Origin: Candidatus Moraniibacteriota bacterium
GTDB taxonomy: Bacteria; Patescibacteriota; Minisyncoccia; Moranbacterales; UBA11712
NCBI GenBank assembly: GCA_028716005.1
Contig: JAQUQQ010000001.1
Location: forward strand, 1-61,799
Reading direction: 5' to 3'
DNA: 61,799 nucleotides
Position 1 is the first letter of the stretch. Every line of letters starts with the position of its first letter. This document shows positions 1-8,609 of this stretch, one piece after another. The notes under the pieces are model-generated. The model did no database searches, was not told the origin of the DNA, and was given only the letters and a program-made list of their open reading frames with translations. The position numbers and the translations under genes are program-made.

Positions 1-195
1 AGCCTCGATTTCGCTTTTGGAAAATATCTCCGCGTGACAAACCGCGCCAATGGCAAATCGGTGATTGTGCAAGTGAATGACTCGGGACCATACGGCAAAG
101 GCCGCATCATCGACCTCAACAAAAAAGCTTTCCAGAAGATCGGTGACATCGGCGCGGGAGTGATCAATGTCAAGGTGGAAGAAATACTGAACTAA
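1..195 (+). CDS. RlpA-like double-psi beta-barrel domain protein, C-terminal fragment (5' end outside window)
   Basis: Frame 1 is open from the window edge to TAA at 193-195. Translation ..LRVTNRANGKSVIVQVNDSGPYGKGRIIDLNKKAFQKIG.. resembles the RlpA/DPBB signature. Confidence 0.55.
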   Translation, partial: SLDFAFGKYLRVTNRANGKSVIVQVNDSGPYGKGRIIDLNKKAFQKIGDIGAGVINVKVEEILN

Positions 196-309
196 TTTTT
201 AATTTCTAATTCTGAATTTTGAATGAAATTCTAATAATTGAATGTTTGAAACATTAAAAATTCAGTAATTCAAAATTGATTCAAAATTCGAGTTTCAAAA
301 TTAAAAATT

Positions 310-1089
310 ATGCCTACTAAACTTGGTCAAAATTTTCTCACGAGCGATGATATATCCCGAAAAATCGCCGATTCGGCTGGTTTATCAACCAAAGATAATG
401 TTCTCGAAATCGGCCCGGGAAAGGGCATGCTCACCAAATATCTTGCCGAATACGCGGGGAAAATATTGGCGCTGGAAATAGACCGCGCTTTGGCAAGCGG
501 GCTGCAAAAAGAAAATTATAGAAACACAAAGATTATCGAGGGAGATATTTTGAAAATAAATTTGCCAAAATTGATTGAAGAAAATGATTTCCAAAATTAT
601 AAAATCGTTGCCAATCTCCCTTATTACATCACTTCAAAAATCATCCGCTTGCTTCTGGAAACAAAATACCCACCGCGAAAAATGATTTTGATGGTCCAAA
701 AAGAAGTCGGGGAGAGAATTGTGGCGCTTGATTCAAAAGAGAGTATTTTATCCATCTCCGTGAAATTCTATGCCGAGCCGGAAATCTTATTTTATGTCGC
801 AAAAGAAAACTTTGATCCCGCTCCGGAAGTAGATTCCGTGGTCATCCGGATAAAAAGAAAGAAGGAAATTCCAAAAATAGATGTAAAAAAGTTTTTTTCC
901 ATAGTAAAAGCCGGATTTTCATCAAAGAGAAAAATGCTCGTGAACAATTTATCTGCAAGTTTTTCCGTTCCCAAAGCCGAGCTTTTGAAACAGATGAAAA
1001 AAGCCGGCCTGGATCAAAAAATCCGCGCCGAGAAATTGAAGATTGAAGATTGGCTGAAGCTCCAAAATTTTCTTAACGCGAAAAAATAA
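310..1089 (+). CDS. rsmA: 16S rRNA (adenine1518/1519-N6)-dimethyltransferase RsmA/KsgA
   Basis: 259 aa. N-terminal LGQNFL, SAM-binding EIGPGKG and NLPYYI motifs are typical of KsgA. Confidence 0.9.
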   Translation: MPTKLGQNFLTSDDISRKIADSAGLSTKDNVLEIGPGKGMLTKYLAEYAGKILALEIDRALASGLQKENYRNTKIIEGDILKINLPKLIEENDFQNYKIVANLPYYITSKIIRLLLETKYPPRKMILMVQKEVGERIVALDSKESILSISVKFYAEPEILFYVAKENFDPAPEVDSVVIRIKRKKEIPKIDVKKFFSIVKAGFSSKRKMLVNNLSASFSVPKAELLKQMKKAGLDQKIRAEKLKIEDWLKLQNFLNAKK

Positions 1090-1383
1090 ATGAATCCTGC
1101 GCCATTGATTCCCCTGAAATATGCTTATCTGACTGGCAGTTTATATTTTCTGGCAATCTGGTTTCTTCTTTTTCAAAAATGGCCGAACCGGAGAAAACAT
1201 ATGCTTGTCGTCGGCGTTGTTTTTTTATGGATTGGGATTTTCGCCGAGTATTTTTGGTGGACCAGAGATTGGTGGCGGCCCATGACAATTACCGGAACTC
1301 GAATTGGCATCGAAGATTTCATAATGTCTTTCACCCATTCCGCAATTGCGATCTTGGTCTATAAATATTTTTTTAATAAATAA
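1090..1383 (+). CDS. small membrane protein, lycopene-cyclase-domain-like (first half)
   Basis: 97 aa, about 3 TM segments. W-rich segment ..AEYFWWTRDWWRP.. followed by IGIEDFIMSF resembles the PxEE-type motif of CrtYc/Yd-like domains. The ATG directly follows the rsmA stop. Confidence 0.35.
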   Translation: MNPAPLIPLKYAYLTGSLYFLAIWFLLFQKWPNRRKHMLVVGVVFLWIGIFAEYFWWTRDWWRPMTITGTRIGIEDFIMSFTHSAIAILVYKYFFNK

Positions 1384-1527
1384 CTTGACCGGCAGTTTGA
1401 AGTAAATGATAAAATTATTTTTTCATCTGCCTCAAGATTTCTTCCTCTTTTCGCAGTTTCTTTTTTACCGACCGCCTTTTCAATTCATTTTTTTCATCTC
1501 AATTCGTTCACAAGCACCTGCTTTGGA

Positions 1528-1884
1528 ATGTTTTTGGGTGGAATTTTCATATCCGCAATCCGTTTTGATCTTTTTCGCGCCCAATTATGGAGTGCTTTTT
1601 TGATGGTTTTGATTTCGCTGCCAGTCTATATTCTCGGGAACATCACATCTCCTGAAGCGATAACTTCATTTTGGATTCTTCCAGGATTTGCGACACAGAA
1701 AATAATCGGCATCCCGATTGGAGATATCCTTTGGTATGCTTTGTTGGGCTTTTTTCTTGGAGGGATAATCGAGTATGTCTTTGATTACCGGCTGGCGGAC
1801 AAAAAAGGCCCGCCTCGAGCGGGGGGTGCGGGCGGAGAAGCTGGAAGTGGAGGATTGGGTGAGGTTATACGAAGTAATTGGTAA
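1528..1884 (+). CDS. small membrane protein, lycopene-cyclase-domain-like (second half); same frame as 1090..1383
   Basis: 118 aa, hydrophobic, IGIPIGDILWYALLGFF motif, Gly-rich tail. Frame 1 is open from 1384 to 1527, so only the single TAA at 1381-1383 separates it from the upstream ORF. Confidence 0.35.
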   Translation: MFLGGIFISAIRFDLFRAQLWSAFLMVLISLPVYILGNITSPEAITSFWILPGFATQKIIGIPIGDILWYALLGFFLGGIIEYVFDYRLADKKGPPRAGGAGGEAGSGGLGEVIRSNW

Positions 1885-1935
1885 TTGGTAATTTCGCTCG
1901 CTACGCTTGCTGTAATCTGGATAACAAAATTCGAA

Positions 1936-3588
1936 TTACGAATTACTGATTGCGAATTGCATATTTTTCCAAAAGAGAAAATAAGCCATCAGCAAAACAT
2001 AGAGGAAAAGCAGTCCAAACACGAAAATATGCACCTTCCGGGCGCTTATTTTTTTGTTCTGGAGAATCCAGAACGAGACTGCGCCGAGAAGCATCGCCGG
2101 AAAAAACAAAATTTTGGCGTTGAGCCAGACGACGCTCAAAGCATAGGAGACGAATATGCCAAGACCGATGAAAAATCGCGCCCAGGTTTCGCCGAGGAGA
2201 ACGGGGATTGTCCAAACCCCGTTTTTTTTGTCGCCTTCAATGTCTTTGAGGTCCTTTATCGGAAGGGAAATCATGAAAGCGATGATGAGAAGCCAAAAAA
2301 CTTTGATCGGAAGCTGCGCAATGTTTTGCCCGTCGGCGAGAAGCATGAAACCGCTTATAAAAAGCAAATTTAGCGCAAGAGCCGAAAGAAAACCGGCCAC
2401 AATCGGAAATCTTTTGAGCCGAAACGGCCAGCCGGAATACACCCAGCCGATGACTTGATACACAAGGACCAAAAGAAAAAATTTCACCCCGACGGTGAGC
2501 GCAAGAACAAGAGACACGAGAAAGCTGACCAAGAAATATTGCTGGTATTCTTCGGTCGAAACCTCTCCGGTGGCCGTCGGCCTTTTTTGGTTGGTGATTT
2601 TGTCGATATCAAGGTCAACAATGTCATTCAAAAACACCGAGGCGAGCCAGGCGAAAACCGCTGCCAGAATAAGATTCGCAAGAGCGAAAAAAGAGAAGAT
2701 GTCTATGGTCAGATTTTTTGGAAAGTAGAATGCTCCCAACCCCGCGCCAAAAAGAATGAGCCCCGCGTGGATGGAAATTTGGATCCAGCGGACATTTTTT
2801 GCCACCGCCCAGAATTTTTTTCTGAAGTGAAACCAAAAGAAAAATACTAAAAGAAAAGAGATTAGGAAAGCATATATCAAATTCATCTTGGCATTGAGCG
2901 CGTTCAAAATTTCAGTACCAGAGTGTGAGAAATAGTGGATCGGAGAAAGAAAAAGTCCGGCCACATCAAGTCCTTCGATTCTGGTAATATTTTTTTCAGG
3001 TGCCAAGAACAAAAAAGAAAGCCACGAAGGGAATGAACCGAGGATAAAGAGAATCGCGTAAGCAGCCAATCCTCCCAGAAATGCCTTGAGGGCATTTTTG
3101 GTTTTGAGGAATATATAGAAAATCAGAAAAAGAACCGCGAGAGCCACTTCAATCCGGACGCCGTAGGTGATTCCAACCACCGGATCGCTTCCGAAAAAAG
3201 TGAGGAATCTTTTCCCCAGCCCCGTCAGGCTGTCAAAGGCATAAAAACTCCAACACCGCTGGGCCCCGCAAAAATATTTGTCGAGAATCGGCGGTGTGAT
3301 AATCAAAAAGAATCCCCAGAGCAAAAGATTTGATATTTTTTGGAAAGATTCCCCGAGATACGCGCTCAAAAACAAAATCAGGAGGATCAACGAGAACAAA
3401 AAAAAGAGCGTGGTGGCCAGGATCGACCCGACAATGAATTCCGCCGGCCGGCTCCCAAGATTCGACAAAAGATTTTCACCCAAAATCCGAAGCGCGATGA
3501 GAGCCGAAAAGGCGAGAAGGAATTGAGGAAGGGAGAGGGGATAATTCTCGATGTGCGTGACAACTTTTCTGACGCGATACATGACCAT
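1936..3588 (-). CDS. UbiA-family prenyltransferase fused to a large N-terminal polytopic membrane domain
   Basis: 550 aa and very hydrophobic. C-terminal half carries NDIVDLDIDK (NDxxDxxxD) and a second Asp-rich motif, KDLKDIEGDKKNG. Confidence 0.6.
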   Translation of the reverse strand: MVMYRVRKVVTHIENYPLSLPQFLLAFSALIALRILGENLLSNLGSRPAEFIVGSILATTLFFLFSLILLILFLSAYLGESFQKISNLLLWGFFLIITPPILDKYFCGAQRCWSFYAFDSLTGLGKRFLTFFGSDPVVGITYGVRIEVALAVLFLIFYIFLKTKNALKAFLGGLAAYAILFILGSFPSWLSFLFLAPEKNITRIEGLDVAGLFLSPIHYFSHSGTEILNALNAKMNLIYAFLISFLLVFFFWFHFRKKFWAVAKNVRWIQISIHAGLILFGAGLGAFYFPKNLTIDIFSFFALANLILAAVFAWLASVFLNDIVDLDIDKITNQKRPTATGEVSTEEYQQYFLVSFLVSLVLALTVGVKFFLLVLVYQVIGWVYSGWPFRLKRFPIVAGFLSALALNLLFISGFMLLADGQNIAQLPIKVFWLLIIAFMISLPIKDLKDIEGDKKNGVWTIPVLLGETWARFFIGLGIFVSYALSVVWLNAKILFFPAMLLGAVSFWILQNKKISARKVHIFVFGLLFLYVLLMAYFLFWKNMQFAISNS

Positions 3589-3690
3589 AAATAGGGGAAA
3601 AAATGGTTATTTTTCACCGATGAAGGTTTTTCTTCTTGTATCTAAACCTTACCAGCAAAACCACGATTTATCAACACCCCGAAAACTTTG

Positions 3691-3716
3691 TTGACAACAA
3701 AATATTATGGTATAAT
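3691..3716 (+). promoter_or_regulatory. candidate sigma70-type promoter for the plus-strand secretion cluster
   Basis: TTGACA at 3691-3696. Extended -10 TGgTATAAT with TATAAT at 3711-3716. The spacer is only 14 nt, so the extended -10 would have to compensate. About 95 nt upstream of the ATG at 3812. Confidence 0.35.
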
Positions 3717-3811
3717 TTTTGTATATTTACCCCGTTATAAATCCGGTGAGGAAAATCATTGGCGGGGAAGTTTTGCTGCAGCTATAAAACAAAATTAACG
3801 AAAATAAAACT

Positions 3812-4948
3812 ATGCTTCCCAGCGGAATAAAAAAATCAAATAAGAGAAAAATCATCGCGATGGGAATCGCTACCCTGGCCGTTTTTTTCTGGACGCTTTT
3901 TGCCATGGCGGAAAACAAAAACAGCAACTCTCTTTTTCTCGACTCCGACCAGGACGGCCTCACCGACCAGGAGGAGAAGATGATCGGCACTGATCCGCTC
4001 AACCCGGACACGGACGGAGATGGATATTCCGACGGAAAGGAAGTCTCAAGCGGATACAATCCCTTGAAAGCCGCTCCGGGAGACCAGATCGTGGCCGAAA
4101 CCAATCTCTCCGCCAGCCAAGACACAAGCAACGGAAATGCCGCCGTTCAAAATCCGACAGCTTCGGGAGCGGCGTCCGGTTCAGGAAGCCTTTCCGGCGC
4201 GTCCAGCCTTCTGGGTCTCGGGAGCTCGGCTCTCACCGACAGCACTCTGGCTGATTTTTCTTCCGATCCCCAAAATCCGAATCTGACCAACGAGATGATC
4301 GGCCAGTTGATGACTCTGACAAAAGATAAAGCCGGGAGCTCCGCAGACTTTGCCAGCAACCCGACTTTCTCCACTGACGACCTTTCGGCTGTCACCCAAA
4401 ACGCTCTTCAGTCCGCAGATATCACTCAAGAACTTCCCAAGATCCGTGACGACGAGGTGAAACTTCTTCCACCGGTTGACGAAAAAAGCCTCACGCCCGA
4501 GGAGGTGAAAGAGAAGCAAAAAGCGGAAATCGAAAAATACCTGGCGTCTCTCGCTTTCGTGTTCGCTTCCAACGCCCCTTTCACGGTTGACCAGCCGGAA
4601 AATCTCGCCTCGAACCTCGAAAAAGAACAGGGAAATCTTCTCGCAGCTCTCACCAGCGGAAACAAAGCCAAAATAGACGACTACGCCCAAAAAGCCCGAA
4701 CCGCGGTTGACCAAATCAAAAAAATAGAAGTGCCCTATGTTCTTGAGAACGTCCACAAGTCGGCGCTGCAACTCGCGATTTACACCATGGATCTCAAAGA
4801 CAAAGCGGTCATCGACCAGAGCGATCCGCTCAAAAGCCTCACCGCTTTCAGTCAGCTCCAGGCCGTGGGCCAAGCCGCGTCAAAACTTGGAAGCGAAATG
4901 CAGTCTGTCGCCAAAGAATACGGGATTAGTTTTATAAATTTCCCCTAG
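3812..4948 (+). CDS. secreted/anchored protein with thrombospondin-type-3-like Ca-binding repeat
   Basis: 378 aa. N-terminal TM/signal anchor (IAMGIATLAVFFWTLFAMA), then DSDQDGLTDQEEKMIGTDPLNPDTDGDGYSDGKEV and a Ser/Ala/Gly-rich linker. Confidence 0.5.
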   Translation: MLPSGIKKSNKRKIIAMGIATLAVFFWTLFAMAENKNSNSLFLDSDQDGLTDQEEKMIGTDPLNPDTDGDGYSDGKEVSSGYNPLKAAPGDQIVAETNLSASQDTSNGNAAVQNPTASGAASGSGSLSGASSLLGLGSSALTDSTLADFSSDPQNPNLTNEMIGQLMTLTKDKAGSSADFASNPTFSTDDLSAVTQNALQSADITQELPKIRDDEVKLLPPVDEKSLTPEEVKEKQKAEIEKYLASLAFVFASNAPFTVDQPENLASNLEKEQGNLLAALTSGNKAKIDDYAQKARTAVDQIKKIEVPYVLENVHKSALQLAIYTMDLKDKAVIDQSDPLKSLTAFSQLQAVGQAASKLGSEMQSVAKEYGISFINFP

Positions 4949-4951
4949 TTT

Positions 4952-5076
4952 TAGTTATGGGTAACAAGGCTGTGAGCAGTTGGTCTGGTTGTGGGTCATA
5001 AGTCAATGGCTAGCTTATCCAATGACTAAAGACTAACGACCTGTCCCACCGCCAATAACCTAGTTACCAAAGACTA
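4952..5076. repeat. ~125-bp imperfect intergenic palindrome
   Basis: Left arm tagttatgggtaac...gtcataagtcaatgg pairs imperfectly with right arm ccaatgactaaagac...gttaccaaagacta. About 12 of 15 positions pair in the inner stem when checked by hand. Confidence 0.5.
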
Positions 5077-5087
5077 AAAACAAAAAT

Positions 5088-6128
5088 ATGTTCAAAAAAC
5101 TCACCGCAACAATCCTTCTCCTGTCATTTTTGAGTTTCGCGCTGCCGCGCCCGGCTCGAGCCGGATCCTGGGGAGAGGATCTTGCGGCTGCCTGGCAGGA
5201 AGTGACCCTCACGAAAATGCTCGATACAATTGAGAAAACGCTGGTTGCCAATTTGAAAATCATGGCTATTCGAGTCATTCAGGGAAGAATGCAGGTGCTT
5301 CTCACGGGAAGTTGCGGGTCATACTGTATCGGCGGCTCGTCCGGGTTCATCACTGATTGGCAGGATTATATTTTCGGCTCGGCGCAAAGGACGGCCGAAA
5401 ATACCGTCAACACTTTTTTCAACGGCATGCGAAGCGGCGTCGGATCGGGCATGGAGCGAGTGGTCAACAACGCGCAAAAAAGAATGGATGCCGACGTGAT
5501 AAACACAAAGTCCGATCTTGCAAATTATGTCAGCGAGGGAAAAGCGACTCTTATATTCGATGCGACAAAAACAAGCAATAGCTGGGTGGCTTCCCGGAAA
5601 AAGTGGGAGCCCCAAAATGACGAGGCTATGATCTTTTTATACGCCACCGCTTTGGACAAAACGGCTCGCGAGTCGCGGGAAGAAATGCAAAAGACAGAAG
5701 GCGTCGCCGGAAAGGGTTTTCTGCCAACAAGGGGGAAAACAACCACTCCGTCGCCAAAACCGCAACAAGTTGTTGCTTCCAACGGAAAAATAGTATCTGT
5801 CCCATCGGGTTCAGACTATACTGGAATAGCGCCTGTCGCGGAAGGCCCCGTCACCCTGCCCCCTTCGTTGAAAGAAGACATAATGGCAGAAGTTTATAAT
5901 ATGGGAACAAACATGATTACGTTCGCCAAATCTATCCCGGAAGTGGTTGCCAATATGGTCGCCCAGACACTCACCAATGTCATCACTTACGGCATCCGCC
6001 AGGTGACCGACCCGGTTGACAAAGCCATCACGGATACCCGGAACAAAGTCGGAACAAGCATCAACCAGGCCCAAAGCGACATTCAATCGGGCATGAGAGA
6101 TTCGATTTATTTCAATAACAAGAAATAA
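5088..6128 (+). CDS. secreted hypothetical protein
   Basis: 346 aa. Signal peptide MFKKLTATILLLSFLSFALPRPARA. No recognisable catalytic motif. Confidence 0.5.
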   Translation: MFKKLTATILLLSFLSFALPRPARAGSWGEDLAAAWQEVTLTKMLDTIEKTLVANLKIMAIRVIQGRMQVLLTGSCGSYCIGGSSGFITDWQDYIFGSAQRTAENTVNTFFNGMRSGVGSGMERVVNNAQKRMDADVINTKSDLANYVSEGKATLIFDATKTSNSWVASRKKWEPQNDEAMIFLYATALDKTARESREEMQKTEGVAGKGFLPTRGKTTTPSPKPQQVVASNGKIVSVPSGSDYTGIAPVAEGPVTLPPSLKEDIMAEVYNMGTNMITFAKSIPEVVANMVAQTLTNVITYGIRQVTDPVDKAITDTRNKVGTSINQAQSDIQSGMRDSIYFNNKK

Positions 6129-6180
6129 CGCTAACTCGGCCGGCAAAAAGAAAATTTTCGGAACACCTAAAATAAAAATC

Positions 6181-8565
6181 TTGAATAGCCAAGAACCAAC
6201 TTCAAAAATTTACGGATTTCAAAAAATAAAGCCACGCAAGAGGCGAATGGCTTTTTTTGTTTTGCTGGGAATGGTAGCGTTTCTTTTTCTTTCTCCTTCT
6301 TGCCATGCTGAACTTTCGAAACAACAAGAAGAGACCTTGAAAAAAGACTACGGACTCACGGATAGCGAAATAACAAATTTAGGAAAAACACCTGGCGCAT
6401 CTTTTGAGGGATTTTACAACGTTTATAAGGGCCAAATATCGAAAGGCCAGTCGGGAGAAGATGCGGCAGCGTTTGCTTATAAAGATCTGACAAACCCTTC
6501 CGCAAGCTTATCGGGTGAAGCCGCGATGGTCAACCAGAATTCAACCATCGGCAACTGGATAGCAGATAAAGCTTCGTCATGGATTGGCGCCGTAATTTTT
6601 GCTCCAATAATAGCCGTGCTGTATATAATCGGACTGTTCTGTATGTTATTTGTCAACATCGCCGCCTATTTCCTGGATTCGATGGTGAACCCCGCCCTCT
6701 ATCATTTCACGAGCGAGACAATAATCACCACCGGTTGGACGGCCGTCCGGGATGTCTGCAATCTTTTTTTCCTGCTCATTCTCCTTTTCATCGCCTTTTG
6801 CACCATCCTTCAGATTGAAAAATACCACGCCAAAAAAACTCTCCTGATTTTCATTTTGATGGCGCTTCTCGTCAATTTCTCGAAACCAATCGCTATTTTC
6901 ATTTTCGACGGCTCCCAACTCCTCATGAATTTTTTCCTGAACAAGCTGTCAAGCGGCGGTTCATCACTTTCGGTCACTCTCACCAACACATCAGAGGTTG
7001 CAAAAGTAATTTGGAACGATTCGAGTCTTGATTACTGGAAAAATGATAGCAGCGCAGCGCTAGCGGCAAAATACATAATGACAATCATATTTTTGTTCAT
7101 GCTTGGAGTGGCCTACATCGTTATGGCCATTTTTCTGCTCATTCGAATTGTCGCTTTGTGGATCTTGATCATCTTGTCTCCTTTGGCTTTTTTGTTCAAC
7201 GCCGTTCCCGATTTCAAAAAAATCTCCTCCCAATGGTGGGACGCTCTTTTCAAATACTCCTATGTCGGCCCGGCTATCGCTTTTTTTCTTTGGCTTTCCA
7301 CGTTGCTGATGGATACCTCTTTCTACAAATCATTGAACAGCATGCAGCCAAGCGGCCCCAGTGATCCTTTATTCACTTGGGTTGTGCAACGCATCATTCC
7401 GTTTTTTGTCATCCTCGTTTTTCTCTACGCCTCCATTATCGTCTCACAAAAATTCGGCATTGCTTTCGCCAGCGCCATCACCAGCCGGGCGAACAAGGCT
7501 TTGTCCTTCTTCCCGCGGCAAGGCTGGGCAGCGACGAAGTATGGCGCCAAAGCTGGACTCAAAATGTTTGACCGAGATGTACTAATGAAGCAACGGAAAT
7601 TCAAATGGGGAGATAAAGAATACAAATTTAATTTGAGCCCTCGCGCCTGGAAACAGGGATGGAAAGAACGGGCTGAAGAAATGGACAAGCGAGCGCTATC
7701 GCAAGCCGCGGGAAGCAGCCGAGACAATCTCAATAGTTTTTTCAAGGGCACCCGCGGGACAAAACCGGAAGGGTTTCACGGTGACCTTGCTTTTTCGCGT
7801 CTGGAAGAAGAAATGAAAAAAGAAATTTCCTCTATTTCCACCGAATCCGGGTATCTTTGCAAAATCATTGAAGATGCGGAAAAAAAGGAAACAAAAACCG
7901 ACGAAGATCGCGCTCGTGTTGCCGCCGCCTTAAAAATGCTATTTGAAAGCAATGACCAGGATGACTTCATGCTGGATTTCCGGGATTATGCTGATTTTGA
8001 TCCATTTCAGCTGCGAGATGAAATCAGGAAAACCCTCGAAGGCATGGGGATGAGCACGCAAGAAGCAGCCCGGCAGGCATATCAGTTGGGATCCATAGCT
8101 CTGTCCAAGGGAAATTTGGGACACTACGGCATGGGCAAATTCAACTCAGATACGGGACAATACGAATTCAATGATGACGACGGCCAGATTGCTAAAATTG
8201 TCGGCAAGTACGGAACGATGGAGACTCAACAAAAAGCGAAAATACTTCACCGAAATGCTCTTATCACCGAAGGAAAAGTTAGGGCCGGGGAAGTGGATCC
8301 TCTAACAGGCAAAACAGCCACAAAATATACCCGCACCTATGGCAAGATGCATAGGGTGGGCCAAGAATTGGCTCGGGAAACCGCAGCGGCAGAATTAGGG
8401 CAAATGAACCGGGCCAGAGGAGACACTTTGAATGCGGTTTCCAAAGCTTACAGCATCATTCAGAACCAGGCGGTCAATATCATGGAAACTGATGCAGAAT
8501 TGGCTACCAAGATGGCAGAGCTTGCCAAAACTTTGCATGAATTCAAAACATCGAAACCGAAATAA
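6181..8565 (+). CDS. polytopic membrane protein, possible VirB6/TrbL-like channel component with a long hydrophilic C-terminal domain
   Basis: 794 aa. Signal-like N-terminus and at least 6 hydrophobic segments between about aa 130 and 440. Sits in a cluster with VirB3-, VirB4- and VirB2-like genes. The track start is TTG at 6181; an alternative ATG is at 6247. Confidence 0.35.
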   Translation: MNSQEPTSKIYGFQKIKPRKRRMAFFVLLGMVAFLFLSPSCHAELSKQQEETLKKDYGLTDSEITNLGKTPGASFEGFYNVYKGQISKGQSGEDAAAFAYKDLTNPSASLSGEAAMVNQNSTIGNWIADKASSWIGAVIFAPIIAVLYIIGLFCMLFVNIAAYFLDSMVNPALYHFTSETIITTGWTAVRDVCNLFFLLILLFIAFCTILQIEKYHAKKTLLIFILMALLVNFSKPIAIFIFDGSQLLMNFFLNKLSSGGSSLSVTLTNTSEVAKVIWNDSSLDYWKNDSSAALAAKYIMTIIFLFMLGVAYIVMAIFLLIRIVALWILIILSPLAFLFNAVPDFKKISSQWWDALFKYSYVGPAIAFFLWLSTLLMDTSFYKSLNSMQPSGPSDPLFTWVVQRIIPFFVILVFLYASIIVSQKFGIAFASAITSRANKALSFFPRQGWAATKYGAKAGLKMFDRDVLMKQRKFKWGDKEYKFNLSPRAWKQGWKERAEEMDKRALSQAAGSSRDNLNSFFKGTRGTKPEGFHGDLAFSRLEEEMKKEISSISTESGYLCKIIEDAEKKETKTDEDRARVAAALKMLFESNDQDDFMLDFRDYADFDPFQLRDEIRKTLEGMGMSTQEAARQAYQLGSIALSKGNLGHYGMGKFNSDTGQYEFNDDDGQIAKIVGKYGTMETQQKAKILHRNALITEGKVRAGEVDPLTGKTATKYTRTYGKMHRVGQELARETAAAELGQMNRARGDTLNAVSKAYSIIQNQAVNIMETDAELATKMAELAKTLHEFKTSKPK

Positions 8566-8609
8566 CGACCGAAGTCTCTCACCCACATCAATAAATCTAA
8601 ACGAAGCAA

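Noticed and set aside
1381-1383. Possibility of an alternative genetic code (stop-codon reassignment), as in some CPR lineages.
   Set aside because: TGA terminates well-conserved genes (dnaA, and four ATGA overlaps in the P array). TAA and TAG terminate the others at the expected lengths. Only this one TAA is suspicious, so a genome-wide recoding is unsupported.
3717-3811. Structured 5' leader (ccccg...cgggg hairpin) upstream of the first secretion-cluster gene, considered as a possible riboswitch.
   Set aside because: Only one short hairpin is visible and it does not resemble any riboswitch class I can recognise by eye. Too little evidence.
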